From the NCBI RefSeq assembly GCF_009914755.1, contig NC_060948.1: 64,000 bases of DNA, one strand, 5' to 3'. Shown in pieces: positions 47,350-59,894 of the stretch. A program made the translations under genes and the position numbers. Numbering within the stretch: position 1 is the first letter of the stretch; each line of letters opens with the position of its first letter. The stretch comes from the human T2T-CHM13v2.0 reference genome, Homo sapiens. Below the pieces are notes generated by a model. The model did not search any database. It was not told the DNA's origin and saw only the letters and a list, made by a program, of their open reading frames with translations.

Positions 47350-48310
47350 TCTTAACAGGAAAATAAGATAAGCTTGATGATTTTTTTTTTCTAGCATGAG
47401 TGGTTGGTACATCACATGGAAAGAGGAAATGCATACAGGTGGACCAGCCACTTAGGCAGAGACATGCTGAGTGTTTTGTAGCCTTGCTGACTTTAAGTGT
47501 CTGTGCACATCCAGGAAGGCACCATCAGTATGAGGTTGGAAGTGTGAGAATGAAACTAGTGGAAGTGCATCTGTGATATAGATACAAAAGAGGTGCAGAG
47601 CTGGTAAGTGAAAAAAAGTGTGCATGCTGTGACAGCTCAGGGAACAATGTAAAGTGAGGAAATCAATGGACCTTATAACATAGAAAACACCAGCAAGTTA
47701 AGGTAGATAAAGGGAGAAAAATCAACAGACCCAATAACAAAACAACAGCAAGTAGGGTTAGATAAATGGAGAAGAAACCCTTGAGGAAGGCAGAGGGGAG
47801 AAGTTCAAGGAAAACAGACATACATCATGTCACCATAGGAGAGTTTTCTAGACATGATGAACCTCTAGCTTAAGCTGGGATTGTGAAATGGATTCTACAT
47901 TGTAAAAAGATGCCTGATGTGATTGGAATAACAGGTTGCAGTGTGATTAATCCTAAAATGGGAGCTGTTCCAGGGAGAGGCCAGTAAGACATTTCTGTGG
48001 AGTTTGAATGGATGTTTGTAGAGAGGAAGGATGGTTGAGGAATATGAGAGATGAGGGTAAGCAGACAGGTAACAGGTAACAGGTAACAGCCTGACTGTTA
48101 GTCAGGCTGAAGGGCAATGGTAAGTGGACTTTTTTTCTTGAATTCCAGTCTGCACAATGTCAGATTTTCTTAACTATTCATCTTCTTGGGTGTGTAAAGT
48201 AACTGATGAATGGGGAAAAAAGTAGGACTGGGGATCCGCACACAAGGAAGAGAGAGGAGAATACTGAATCCAGCCGGCTAGAGAGAATTGTTCAGATATT
48301 CAATCATGGG

Positions 48311-48998
48311 TGTATTAGTCTGTTCTTACACTAATAAAGTCATATCCAAGACTGCATAATATATAAAGGAAAGAAGTTTAGGCCGAGTGAAGTGGCTCAC
48401 GTCTATAATCCCAGCACTTTGGGAGGCCGAGGTGGGTGGATCACGAGGTCAGGAGTTCAAGATCTGCCTGACCAATATGGTGAAACCCCATCTCTACTAA
48501 AAATAGAAAAATTAGCTAGGTGTGGTGGCACTTGCCTGTAATCTCAGCTACTCAGGAGGCTGAGGCAGGAGAATTGCTTGAACCACGGAGGCAAACGTTG
48601 CAGGGAGCCAAGATTGTACCACTCTACTCCAGCCTGGGCAACAGAATAAGACTTCATCTCAATGGAATAAACAATTAAAATAAAATGAAAATAAATAAAA
48701 GACAGAGACTCAATGGACTCACAGTTCCACATGGCTAGGGAAGCCTCACAGTCATGGCAGAAGGTGAAGGAGAAACAAAATCACATTTTACATTGCAGCA
48801 GGCAAGAGAGTGTATGCAGGGGAACTACCCTTTATAAAATCATCAGAACCCATTAGACATACTCACTATTGCAAGAACAGCATTGGAAAGACCCATGCTA
48901 GTGATTCGATTACCTCTCTTGTGGTCCCTCCAATGACACATGGGAATTCCTGGACCTACAATTTGAGATTAGGGTGGGGACACCGCCAAACCATATCA
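48311..48998 (-). mobile_element. THE1-type MaLR solo LTR with nested Alu
   Basis: TGTATTAGTC...CCAAACCATATCA; 5-bp TSD ATGGG/AAGGG. Confidence 0.88.
48381..48700 (+). mobile_element. Alu (AluSg-like)
   Basis: GGATCACGAGGTCAGGAGTTCAAG. Confidence 0.92.
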
Positions 48999-49004
48999 AA
49001 GGGT

Positions 49005-49620
49005 TAGAACCTTTCTAGGAAACAGTATGACTATTTCTCAAAGAACAAAAAGTAGAACCTGTGTTAGATCCAGCAATCCCACTACTAGATACATGTATCC
49101 AAAGGAAAAGAAATCCTTCTATCAAGAAGACAGCTGCACTTAATATGTTTATCACAGCACTATCCACAATTGCAAAGATGTGGAATCAACCTATGTGTCC
49201 ATCAACAGGACATTGGATAAAGAAAATGTGGTGCACATACACTATGGAATATTACTCAGCTGTAGAAAAGGATGAAATTATGCCTTCTGCAGCAACATGG
49301 GTAGACCTGAAGACCATTATTCTAAGTGAATTAACTCAGAAGCAAAAAATCAAATACCACATGCTCTCACTTACAGTGGGAGCTAATGGACATATAGAAG
49401 GACATATGGACATATAGAAGGAAAAAATGGACATTGGGGCCTCCAAAAGAGGAGAGGGTGAGAGGGAGAAAGGGTTGAAAAATGACCTATTGGGTACAAT
49501 GTTCACTATTTGGATGACGCGTTCACTGAAAGCCCAGACTTCACCACTGCACATTATATGCATGTAAAAAGCCTGCACTTGTAGCCCCTAAATATATTAG
49601 AAATAAAACAATATTGAAAA
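49005..49620 (+). mobile_element. L1PB/MA 3' end
   Basis: ORF 49061-49417 is the ORF2 C-terminus (WIKKMWCTYTMEYYSA). Confidence 0.88.
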
Positions 49621-49829
49621 ATAGCTGCTTAAAAAAAGTTTTGGAAGAAAACCCTTCAAAAGGGTTTTCCTGATAACCTAGAAAAAAGAAGGATGTTTCT
49701 GCCCTACCACTGGACAAACTAAATGGGAACCTATAAGAGAAAAATAAAGTTCTTCCCATCTCTAGAACATAAGTGAGAAAAGCCAAGAGAAAGATTAACT
49801 TTTTCTACCAAGTGTATTGGTAGGCAGAT

Positions 49830-50088
49830 GTGGTTGACCTCTAAACAATAAAAGTTTGATTTTGTGAATTTTATTTTGCCTCTGCCGGTCCTGAGACAGC
49901 AAGACAGTTCAACTTATCCTCTTTCTCCTGTTCCTCAGCCTACTCATCCTGAAGATGATGAGGATAAAGAACTTTATAATGAACCAATTCCAATTAAGGA
50001 ATAGTGAATATATTTTCTCTTCCTTAGGATTTTCTTAATAACATTTTTTCTCTAGCTTATTCTATTGTAACAATACAACATTAATATT
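49830..50088 (+). mobile_element. Tigger2a/MER28 fragment
   Basis: CTGAGACAGCAAGAC..CCTCAGCCTACTCA..GAAGATGATGAGGAT. Confidence 0.75.
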
Positions 50089-50617
50089 CATTAGATTCTG
50101 ATACAGTGGAACATGGGAAGAGATGGGGGGTACATTTGGTAAGTGGATGGTGGGTGGACAATAGACATATGTGGTCATCAGGATTGTATCTAAAGATGTT
50201 TGTTCTCATGTTGTTGAGGCTGACGAGGCAGGGGAAATCGAATAATTTTCAGATTTAGTATAAAGATCTGATTATTTCTACCCACAAAACTTCATGTTTC
50301 TCCATGGCTAAAAGTTGTGTTTATACCCCTAGCCAAGACACAATCTTACATGATACCTCTTTCCGCTTTTATCCCTGGGTCCACCTTTTAAATTTAATAC
50401 CCCGACAAACTCATCCTTCACTGGGAAAGAATCTCTTGGAATGAAGCTGACCATTTACATTGAGCCTCTTGAGAGATTTGCTTGAGGCAGTCTTCCTGAG
50501 TGTGCTCTGGTGAAATGAGCCTTCTCTCCCAGATGCTTTTGTAAACTTAAACAGGAATAAATTGCCGCACTTTATACAATCTACAGTGAGTCTTGCTCTC
50601 ATGCAGAAGAACATGAG

Positions 50618-51520
50618 TGATATAATTTGGACTGTGTCCCTGCCCAAATGATAATTTGTAATCTCCAACATTGGTGGTTGGGCCTGGTGGTAGAAGATTG
50701 GATCATAAGGACGGATTTCTCATTAGGATTAGCACCATCTTCTTGGTGCTGTCCTCATGATAGTGAGTTCTTAAAAGATTTGATTGTTTAAAAGTGTGTG
50801 GCACGACCCCAACACACACACACACAAACACACACACACACTTGCCCTAACTTCTGCCATGTGAAGGGCCTACTCCCCTTTCTCCTTGCACCATAATTAC
50901 AAGATTCTTGAGTCCTCCCCAGGAGCAGAGGTTGACACCATCCTTCCTGTATGGTCTGCAGAACTGTGAGCTAATTAAACCCCTTTTCTTTACAAGTTAT
51001 TCAGTCTAAAGTCTTCTCTTTATTTTCCTCCCTCCTTCCCTCTATCTCCTTCCCTCTGTCTCCCTCCCTCTCTCCCTCCCTCCCTCCCTCTCTCTTTCTT
51101 TCTTTCCTTCTTTCTTTCTTTCCTTCCTTCCTCCTTCCCTCCCTCCTTCCCTTCCTTCCTTCCTTCCTTCCTTCCTTCTTTCCTTCCTTCCTTCCTTCCT
51201 TTCTTCCAGAGTCTTACTCTATCACCCAGGCTGGAGTGCAGTGACATAATCTAAGCTGACAGTGAACTCCACCTTCCAGGTTCAAGTGATTCTCCTGCCT
51301 CAGCCTCCTAATTAGCTGAGATTACAGAAGCACACCAATATACTGGCTAATTTTTGTATTTTTATTAGAGAAAGTGTTTCACAATGTTGGTCAGGCTGGT
51401 CTCAAATTCCTGACCTCATGACCTTCCCACCTCAGCCTCCCAAAGTGTTGGGGTTACAGGTGTGAGACACCATGCCCAGCCAGGCATTTCTTCATAGTAA
51501 TTCAAGAAAGGGCTAATACA
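50618..51520 (+). mobile_element. MST-type MaLR solo LTR with (CA)n and nested Alu
   Basis: TGATATAATTTGGA...AGAACTGTGAGCTAATTAAACC...GGCTAATACA. Confidence 0.85.
51012..51481 (-). mobile_element. Alu (AluS) whose tail expanded into a ~190-bp (CCTT/CCCT/CTTT)n polypyrimidine tract
   Basis: Read directly. Confidence 0.9.
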
Positions 51521-52333
51521 CTCGGTTTATAAAGAACAGAATGTGTTTGTATTGGTGAAATGCAGACACAAGTCAGGGGACTGTATTTTCCATGGGTGCT
51601 GTCTTTTCTAAGGAAAAAGGGGTTGGGTAAGCTTTGTTTGTGTTGGACCAAGGAGTACAGATAGGGCATGGTGGTATCCAGGCATCTGTATTATCATCTA
51701 TGTATTGCTAGTATCTACATAATTGTTGTTATTTCCATTGGTTTTCAATACATAGATGATCATTTATGCTGTTATCTTCATTTACATTCAGAGAGTTCAA
51801 ATCACTCAGCCTGAGGAAAGCCCTAGACCTTCCTCCCTCCTACTTGTCTGCACTTTTTTCTTTCCTTTTTATCTTACTCTGAAGGCAATTCACAGTCTCC
51901 AACTCCTTTTCTCTTGTAACCATGTTCGGCATCCCCTGGGGCACCTGCAGCAAGCAGCAAATAGCAATAGTGCAGACATCCCAGTAAGTTTGTGTATCGT
52001 GTTCACTCAACTACTTAATTCTCCAACCAAGCACTTCCACCATTTAGAAAAAATGAATTTTCTTTCATTAACTTATAGATTCAAGAATTATTTCATAGCT
52101 ACTTAACTAAGCTCTCAATATACAAATATGTTCAGATTTTATTTAAGAATTCATAAGCTTTGTCTTCTAGATTTTTTGCATTACTTCAATCGCTCATGTT
52201 CTTTTACAGACAGTAAGCTACATATTTTATTTCCATTCTTTAAAATAAAAAGGGTCTGCATTTTAACTCATTCATCACCACCATCTTTTGGAAAAGATCA
52301 GAGCTGATATTAATGAGTTGAGGCTGTGCTTCC

Positions 52334-52364
<31 letters not shown>

Positions 52365-52699
52365 CATGGTGATCTTTCTATGCCCTCCTATGGTCCAAAT
52401 TTTCCTAATGGTGTTGGCATGACCAAACTTCCAAATGGATTTATGGCATCAAAAAAACAATAAGTAGATTCAAAGTGGTCAAAATTGTTGGCTGTTATAT
52501 TTGAGCAGTCTCAGGACATTTCTGCTTGGAAAATCTAGTAACAAGATGATTCCATATTCCCACAGACTAACCTAAGGGAAAGGAATGTTTAAGGGGTATT
52601 GTGGTTGAGAACAAAGGTCAACCCAGGAGGACCTGCACAGCAATAAAGTGAACCTTTGTCTCTTAAAACAAAAAGAAGAAACATAGAAAAAAAACAAAA

Positions 52700-52880
52700 A
52701 CAAAACCACTGGGGACTCCAAAAAAGGGGGATGGAGGAGGATTAACCACTAAAAAATTATCTATTGGGTACAATGTTCATTGTTTGGGTGATGGGTTCAC
52801 TAGAAGCCCAAACCCCAGCATTATGCCATATATCTATGTAACAAACCTGAACATGTAACCCCTAAATCTAAAGTAAAAAT
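52700..52880 (+). mobile_element. L1 3'-end fragment
   Basis: CTATTGGGTACAATGTTCA..AAGCCCAAACCCCAGCATTATG. Confidence 0.78.
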
Positions 52881-52937
52881 AATTTTGTTTCAAAGACATG
52901 CCTGCATCTACATGTTGAGATATCAGGAATGCTCCTT

Positions 52938-53410
52938 TAATGGAGAACTTTATGTGTCAATTTAACTGGGCCATGGAATGCCAAGATCCCTGATTATGCA
53001 TTATTTTTTAGTATGTCTGTAATGGTGTTTCTGGAAAAGATTAGCATTTGAATCCACATATTAAAGCAGATGAACCCTCCACAATGTAGGCAGGAATCAT
53101 TCAATCCCCTGAAAGCCAGAAGAGATTAAAAAAAAAAAGTGGAGGAAGGTTGACTCTCCCCCTTTCTTCCTCACTGCTGAGATGGGACATCAATCTTCTG
53201 CCTTGGTGCTCCTGTTTCTCAGGTCTTCAGACTTGGGCTGGAATCTATACCATTGGCTCTCCAGATTTCAGAACTTCTTCAATGATACCACTAGCTTTCC
53301 TGGGTCTCCAGCTTGTAGACAAAACAACGTGGGACTTCTCAGCCTCCATAAATCCATGAGACAATAGCTAAACTACATCTCTTTCTAGCCATCTATCATT
53401 CTACTGTTCT
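52938..53410 (+). mobile_element. MLT2-type LTR
   Basis: TTTATGTGTCAATTTAACTGGGCCA..TGGGACTTCTCAGCCTCCATAA. Confidence 0.78.
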
Positions 53411-54249
53411 GTCATTATGTCATTCTGTCTATTTTTCTAGCCATCCAGTTTTATTCATCTGCCCATCTATCTCTCCACACCTGCACCCCACTGAAACATC
53501 CAGGTCCCTTTTCCTACAATATTATATCCCCTTCTGTGTGTCTGATAATTTTCTTGTGCCATTGTTTAATTTGGCTGTTGACTTTCAAATTTCTATTATC
53601 TCTTTAGAAATGGCAACTGTTAAGTGAATAAAGTGTCTTATTTCAAAGAGAACTGGTGGACATTTGTGAATTCTGCATAATGTATGAGGAAGGAGGTCAA
53701 GTATGAGACTTGTCATCTGCAAACACTTCTAAGGATGTTTCTTAATGTCATCATCTGATTTTTCAAGGTCTCTGTATTGTCCTCTGATTATATGAATACT
53801 TACTGGCTACAAATGTAATTAAAACCAATGCCACCTGTGTATCGACTCTGTAATTTCTTCTTTCATTAATTTACTGAAATTTATTTATCAGTCAATTTGC
53901 TTTTATAGGCTTTTATAATTATGAGGATCCTTGAAGGGTAAATAGGGTGGTGTTGAAATCACATTAGCTGGTCAGTAAGGGAAATGCTAATATAAACACA
54001 AATTTTTCTTCGCAATCCATATCAGTTTGATTAATTGATCATTCCCCTCAGCTTTATCATGGTCTCTGTGTAGCAGAACAATAAGGAAAAGAAACAGAAT
54101 TGCTACATTACAGATTATGCTTCAGATTTCTAAAAACAAACATTTGTAGTTTTACATTATTACATGAGGAAATTAATGGCTTAAGTAGTTACCATGTTTG
54201 TAGCTGTTTTAGACCTAGGTCTTTTTTTTATAACAGCACTCTGCCTTAT

Positions 54250-55385
54250 AATTGATTTACTGAGTTATAGTGAGATATTGCTCACATGCCCTAAAGCTTC
54301 CTCTTGTAATGTGTCCAGTTCAGTGGTTCTTTGAATATTCAGAGTTGTCCAACCATCACCTCTAATGCCAGAACATTTTTATCACCCCAGAAGGGAAACC
54401 TCATATTTGTTAAACACCCACTCCCCATTACCTCTCTCCCCAGTCCGTGGCAACCACTAATCTATATTCTGTCTATAGATTTGCTTAGTCTTGCCATGTT
54501 ATATAAATGTCATCATATTACACGTGGCTCTCCCTGTCTGGTTTCTTTCACTGAGCATTGTATTTTCAACATATAACAGTGTTGTAGTCTGTGTTCGCAT
54601 TTTCTTTCTTTTTACGGCCAAATATTACTCCTTTGTATGGATTGACCACTCCTTTGGATAGATGAACATATCAATGTTTATGTATGCATTCATTGATGGG
54701 TATGTGTGTGGTTTCCATGTTGTGCTACTATGCACATTTGTATGCCAGTTATTGTGTGGTTCTATATGTTTATTTATTTTGGGTATATACATATGAGTAG
54801 AATACATGGGGACTTCAAAGGATCACTCTATATTTAACATTTTGAAAAACTGCCAGACTTTTTCCCAAAATGGCTGTGTCTTTTTGTAGTAGTGTGGGAA
54901 AATTCCATCAATAGTGTAGGGAGGTTCCATCATTAGTGTAGGAAGTTTTCTGTAGTAGTGTAAGAAGATTCCATCAGAAGTGTGGGAAGGTTGCATCAGT
55001 AGTGTAGGAAGTCTTCTGTAGTAGTATGGGAAAGTTCCATCAGTAGTGTAGGAAGGTTCCCAACAGTAGTATAGGAAGCTTCCTGCAGTAGTGTGAAGGT
55101 TTCATCCCAGTTTGGGAAGGTTCCATCAGTAGTATAGGAAGTTCCATCAGTAGGGTGGAAAGATTCTATCAGTAGTGTAGGAAGGTTTCCATAATAGTGT
55201 AGGAAGATTCTATCAGCAGTGTGGGAAGGTTCCCATCGGTAGTGTGGGAAGGCTTCCATCAGTAGTGTAGGAAGGTTCCCATCAGTAGTGTAGGAAGGTT
55301 CCCATCAGCAGTGTAGGAGGTTCCATTTTTGTTTCTGTATCCTTTCCAACACTCGTTGTTATCTCTCTTTTTCATTTCTAATTTT
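54250..55385 (-). mobile_element. Old L1M 3' region containing a minisatellite
   Basis: TGGCAACCACTAATCT..AACTGCCAGACTTTTTCCCAAAATGGCTG. Confidence 0.78.
54886..55327. repeat. Minisatellite, ~20 copies of a ~22-bp unit (GTAGTGTAGGAAGGTTCCATCA)
   Basis: Units counted by eye. Confidence 0.95.
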
Positions 55386-55496
55386 GGCTACATCACACAC
55401 ATTGGATGTGCTACACTGACCCTATAAAAATGCTAATTTCATAAACCAAAATGGAGGTTCTGCTTTTAATAACAAAAGATTATTTCTGCCCAATCT

Positions 55497-56247
55497 TAGT
55501 AATCATCAGGGAAATACAAATTAAAACCACAATGAAGTTTTATCTTATCCCACTCAGAATGGCTATTATTAAAAAGACCCACACCCCCCAAAAAAAGATG
55601 TTGATGAGGATACAGAGAAAAAGGAATGCTTAGATACTGTTTGTTGAGTTACTGTTAGTTAGTACAACCTTTAGGGAAACAAATGTGAAGATTTCTCTAA
55701 TAGCTAAAATTAGAACTTCCATTCAATCCAGCAATTTCACTACTCGATAAGTACTCAGGGAAAATAAACCATTATAGCAAAAAGATACAATCACATATTT
55801 ATGGCAGTTTTATTCACAATAGCAAAGATAGGGAATCAATGTAAATGTCCATCAATAGTAGGCTGGAAAAAGGAAATGCAGTACATATACACCACAGAAT
55901 ACTATTAGCCATGAAAAACATGAAATTATGTCTTTTGCAGCACATGGATGAAACTGAAGGTAACTGTCTTTAGTGAAACAAACCAGGCACAGAAAGTCAA
56001 ATACCACATATTCTCACTCAGAAGTGGGTGCTAAAATGTGTACACATGGACACAGAGAGTAGAATAATAAACAATACAGATGCAAATGGGTGAGTGGGTG
56101 GGAGGGAGGAGTGAATGATGAGACATTAGTTAATATGTACAATGTAGGTTGATTAGATGATACATATCCTAAAAGTCCTATTTGACCACTATGCAATCTA
56201 TGCATGTAACAAATGCCACATGTAGCTCATAAATTTGTACAAAAAAG
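55497..56247 (+). mobile_element. L1MA/PB 3' end
   Basis: IIREIQIKTTMKFYLIPLRMAIIKK plus 3'UTR. Confidence 0.85.
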
Positions 56248-57792
56248 ATTGCTTCATTGACAGAGAATGAACAAGAGGGTTTTTTTTTAAATTAAATTAT
56301 TTCTATACATTTTTAAATGCTGCTTGATATACTTCTCAACAATGATCACCTTAGATGCAAGCTGGCCTCATAACTCAATACACAATACTTTGAGTATACT
56401 GATTTACAGAAATGAAAACAATTCTAGCAATAACTAATCTTTTGCAGGTGAGAACATCCATCCAGCAGGGCCTCTGGTATTCCCATATCTCTGAGCTGCT
56501 TCCATTTCAACAACATTCACAGAGGGCTTCAGTCATGTCTCAAATACCTTCTAGAGTTTCCCTAGAAGGATGGCCAGCCCTTTCATGTGGTCATGACTTT
56601 GATCATCCTCCACAATCTCAGCATTTTCTATCATAAAGTTGACCCCACCTCAATGATGAAATATCTCTCCTCTTTCTCAGTTTGTCCCACATCTTCATCC
56701 CTGTTATATTTTTCCCTTACTTAAATTGGTGTATCATTTCCTTCTCACTGGTTTTATGCTATTTTAGGAGCCTGTTAAGTATTTTTCTTTAGCCAGAAAA
56801 CTGGAGAAGGGAATCACCTCCAGGTTAAGTCAAAGGAGACTTAAATTGCAACACTCAGAAGATCAAATGTACACTTGCCTTCCCACAGAAAACCAAATTG
56901 TGCATGAGATGGAAACCAGGGACCTTTAACATCTGTTAACCATACACGTGGGTGCCTTTGTGCGTGACAGGTTTCCCCATAGATGCAAACAGCCCTGTTT
57001 CTGCTTGACTCAAAGGTCCTCTCCTTCTCATTCAGTGTCATTGTACAAACTACAGTTTAGAGACTGCTCTCTGGGTCAGGCATCTAACTGCCCACTAAGG
57101 AATGAGTGAGAATAAAGTCTTTCCTCTCCAGCTGTTTTGGTTTGTAAAGAGGCAATCCAGTGTAATAAAGGCGAGATGCTCTGCAGTTCTTCTTGCACAA
57201 TGCACCTGTCTATGATACAGTGAGCACCAATGCAATTGAATTCACAGTGACACTCCTAACTCAGACTGGGGTCACAGATGTTCTTCTGGGGAGATGGGAA
57301 GGTTAAGAGGACCTATGAGTTCTTGCAGTTCACCTGCGGAAAGAAGTTCACAGGTGACGTCCAAGCAGAATATAGCTTGTTAAGAGGAGGCGAAAACCTT
57401 GCTGTAGGAAGCAGGATTCAGTCCTCAACAGATGGTGACCAGTTAAGTTGGTTAGAGCACAATGGACACCACACTTTCCTACTGGCTCTTTTGTAACTTG
57501 TTTTCTGTCCAGCACACAGATTACTTGTCATGATCTGCTGTGTCAAAAACTCTCTTCAGTCTACACATCTCAGGCTGGCTATGTCTGTCCCCTGGCAGAG
57601 ACCCTCTCTAAACTCCAACGCCAGGCTACCTAAATTGAACATCTTACCCCCTGCTCTCTCAGCACCTTCTTTTTCTGCCTTTTTACTCTAACCATGATGA
57701 TTGTAATGACATATTTATTGATGTTTGTTTGATGTTTCCCCCACATCGAGCCCCATGAAGGCACGCACCCTATTTCTTTTGTTTCTCTACAG

Positions 57793-58323
57793 CAGAGTTC
57801 CCCAGTCCACAGGCCATAGACCAGTATCAGCCCATGGCCTGTTAGGAACAAAGCTGCACAGCACGTGAGCAGCAGGGGAGCAAGTGAAATTTTATCTGTA
57901 TTTGGAGCTGCTCCCCATCACTCACAGTGCATTACTGCCTGAGCTCCACATCCTGCACATCAGCATCAGTATTGGATTCTCATGGGAGGGTGAACCATAA
58001 TTGCGAACTGCACGAGTGAGGAATCTAGGCCGCACGTTCCTTATGAGAATCTAATGATGTCTCCCATCACCCGAGGTAGGACTGTCTAGTTGCAGGAAAA
58101 CAAGCTTATGGCTCCCACAGATTCTGCATCACAGTGAGTTATATAATTATTTCATTGCCTATTACAGTGAAATAATAATAGAAATAAAGTGCACATTAAA
58201 TGTAAAGCCATTGAATCACTCCAAACCACCCCCATCCCCCCCCACCTCCATCCCACCACGGTTCCTGGAAAAAGTGTCTTCCAACATACCCATCCCTGCT
58301 TCCAAAAACATTTGGGGCTGCTT
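57793..58323 (-). mobile_element. MER1A (opposite orientation)
   Basis: Reverse complement of the other two copies; TSD CTCTACAG/CTCTATAG. Confidence 0.85.
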
Positions 58324-58482
58324 CTCTATAGTATTTACAGCTTCTGAGACCATGATTAGCCTATGGTAAACTCCGAAGTATTTGAACGAATAAATAAAAG
58401 TAGAGGGTGTGACGAACCTATGAGAGAGCGTCTTTCAGCTTTAACTTATCCAGTGTCTTCTATCTCTTTTGTGCATACTGGT

Positions 58483-58875
58483 TGCCATGGTTTGAGATTT
58501 TGCATCCCCTCCAAAATTCATTTGTGAAAACCTAATCCTTAATAGGTTAGTATTAAAAGTTTGCGCCTATAACAGTTAATAAAATAATAAGCATAAAGTT
58601 CTCACAAATGCGAGGGAGGAAACCTTTTATATAAGGGCTCAATTTGAAGGTGAAAGTCTCTCTTTACCCTTTAACTTTCTGCTACATGAGGAGAAAGCAT
58701 TTCTCCCCAACAGATAATGCAGCATTCAAGGTGCCATCTTGGAATCAGAATCACAAACCTACTGGATCCTCAGTCTTGAACTTCCCAGCCTCCAGAACTG
58801 TGAGCCAGTAAATTTCTGCTTGTAAATTACTCAGTTTGTGGTATTCTGTTACAGCAGCACAAATAAGCTAAGACA
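58483..58875 (+). mobile_element. MSTC/MLT1A-type MaLR LTR
   Basis: TGCCATGGTTTGA...CAGCCTCCAGAACTGTGAG...CTAAGACA. Confidence 0.8.
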
Positions 58876-58991
58876 CTGGTTTGTTTTTTGGGAATGACTT
58901 AATTATCTTTCCAAACCTATTTCCTTATCTGATGATTTAGCTCACATCACCTCTTTCATTGAGCTATCTTCAGCTTCCATTAGCTGAGGGG

Positions 58992-59740
58992 TGTGCAGAA
59001 AAGTGTGCACACAGCAAGCCTGAAACAGTTATCTTTAGAAGATCGTGCTTGCAAGGTCAGCCCTTGGCTGGTGACTGGGAACACAGCTTGTAAAACGTTC
59101 CTACACTAGTGGGTAGTTTCCTAGATGAGCTTCTTAGGGTTGTCATGCACATCGCTTCAAACGGGTTGGCTTGAAACAACATATTTATTATCTCACCATT
59201 TTTGACACCAAAGTCTGAAATCAAATTGGCAGTAGGACTCCGCTGCCACTGAAGTCTTTAGGGGATGGTCCATGCTTATTTCTTTCAGTTCTTCGTGGTT
59301 GCTGACTGTCCTGGGCATTCTTTAGCCTATGGGAGCATCACTCCAATCTCTACCTCCATTGTCATATGGAATTGTCCGCTAATTACATCTCTGAAGACAT
59401 TATTTTGGAGAAAGGTCATATTCTGAGATTTTAGATGAACATGAGTTTCAGAGGAACACTATTCAATCCAGTACATTCCCTAACTGATATATATTTTGTT
59501 TATTTGTTTTTATTTGTGCTGTGACTAGATGGTGCAAACAATGCAATTTATGGTGCAAATCTGCTTTTCTTCTGGGAGTCCAGCATTTCGGAAAGTGGTA
59601 AGCAGAGGGTGCCTATGTGACCAGCCCCTAATAAAATCTTTGGTTGTGGAGTCCCTGATGGGTAGAAACACTCTTTGTGCAAGATTGTTTTTGTTACTGT
59701 TACTCCTAAGAAGCCTGTGCTTGGAAACATTATTGTTAAC
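58992..59740 (+). mobile_element. MER68-like LTR interrupted by an antisense MLT1 LTR (~59110-59475)
   Basis: TGTGCAGAAAAG..TGCTTGCAAGGTCAGCCCTTGGCTGG, resuming TTCCCTAACTGATA..GAGGGTGCCTATGTGACCAGCCCC. Confidence 0.7.
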
Positions 59741-59894
59741 TGTGGACATCCTACAGTAGTATAGACAACCAGAATGTATTCCTCCTATCTGGCAGTAATT
59801 TTGTAAACTTTAATCTCTCCCTATCTCCCTCTTCCAACCACCCTTCCCAGGCTGTAGTATCCTCTGGTCTAGTTTTTACTTCTGTGAAATCAAC

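Noticed and set aside
51020-51247. Arg/Lys/Glu/Gly-rich ORF
   Set aside because: Translation of a (GGAA)n tract.
52336-52362. Isolated long poly(A) run as a retrocopy tail
   Set aside because: No TSD or recognisable upstream retrocopy.
54886-55327. CRISPR-like array
   Set aside because: The units are contiguous with no unique spacers, there are no cas genes, and the context is a primate L1.
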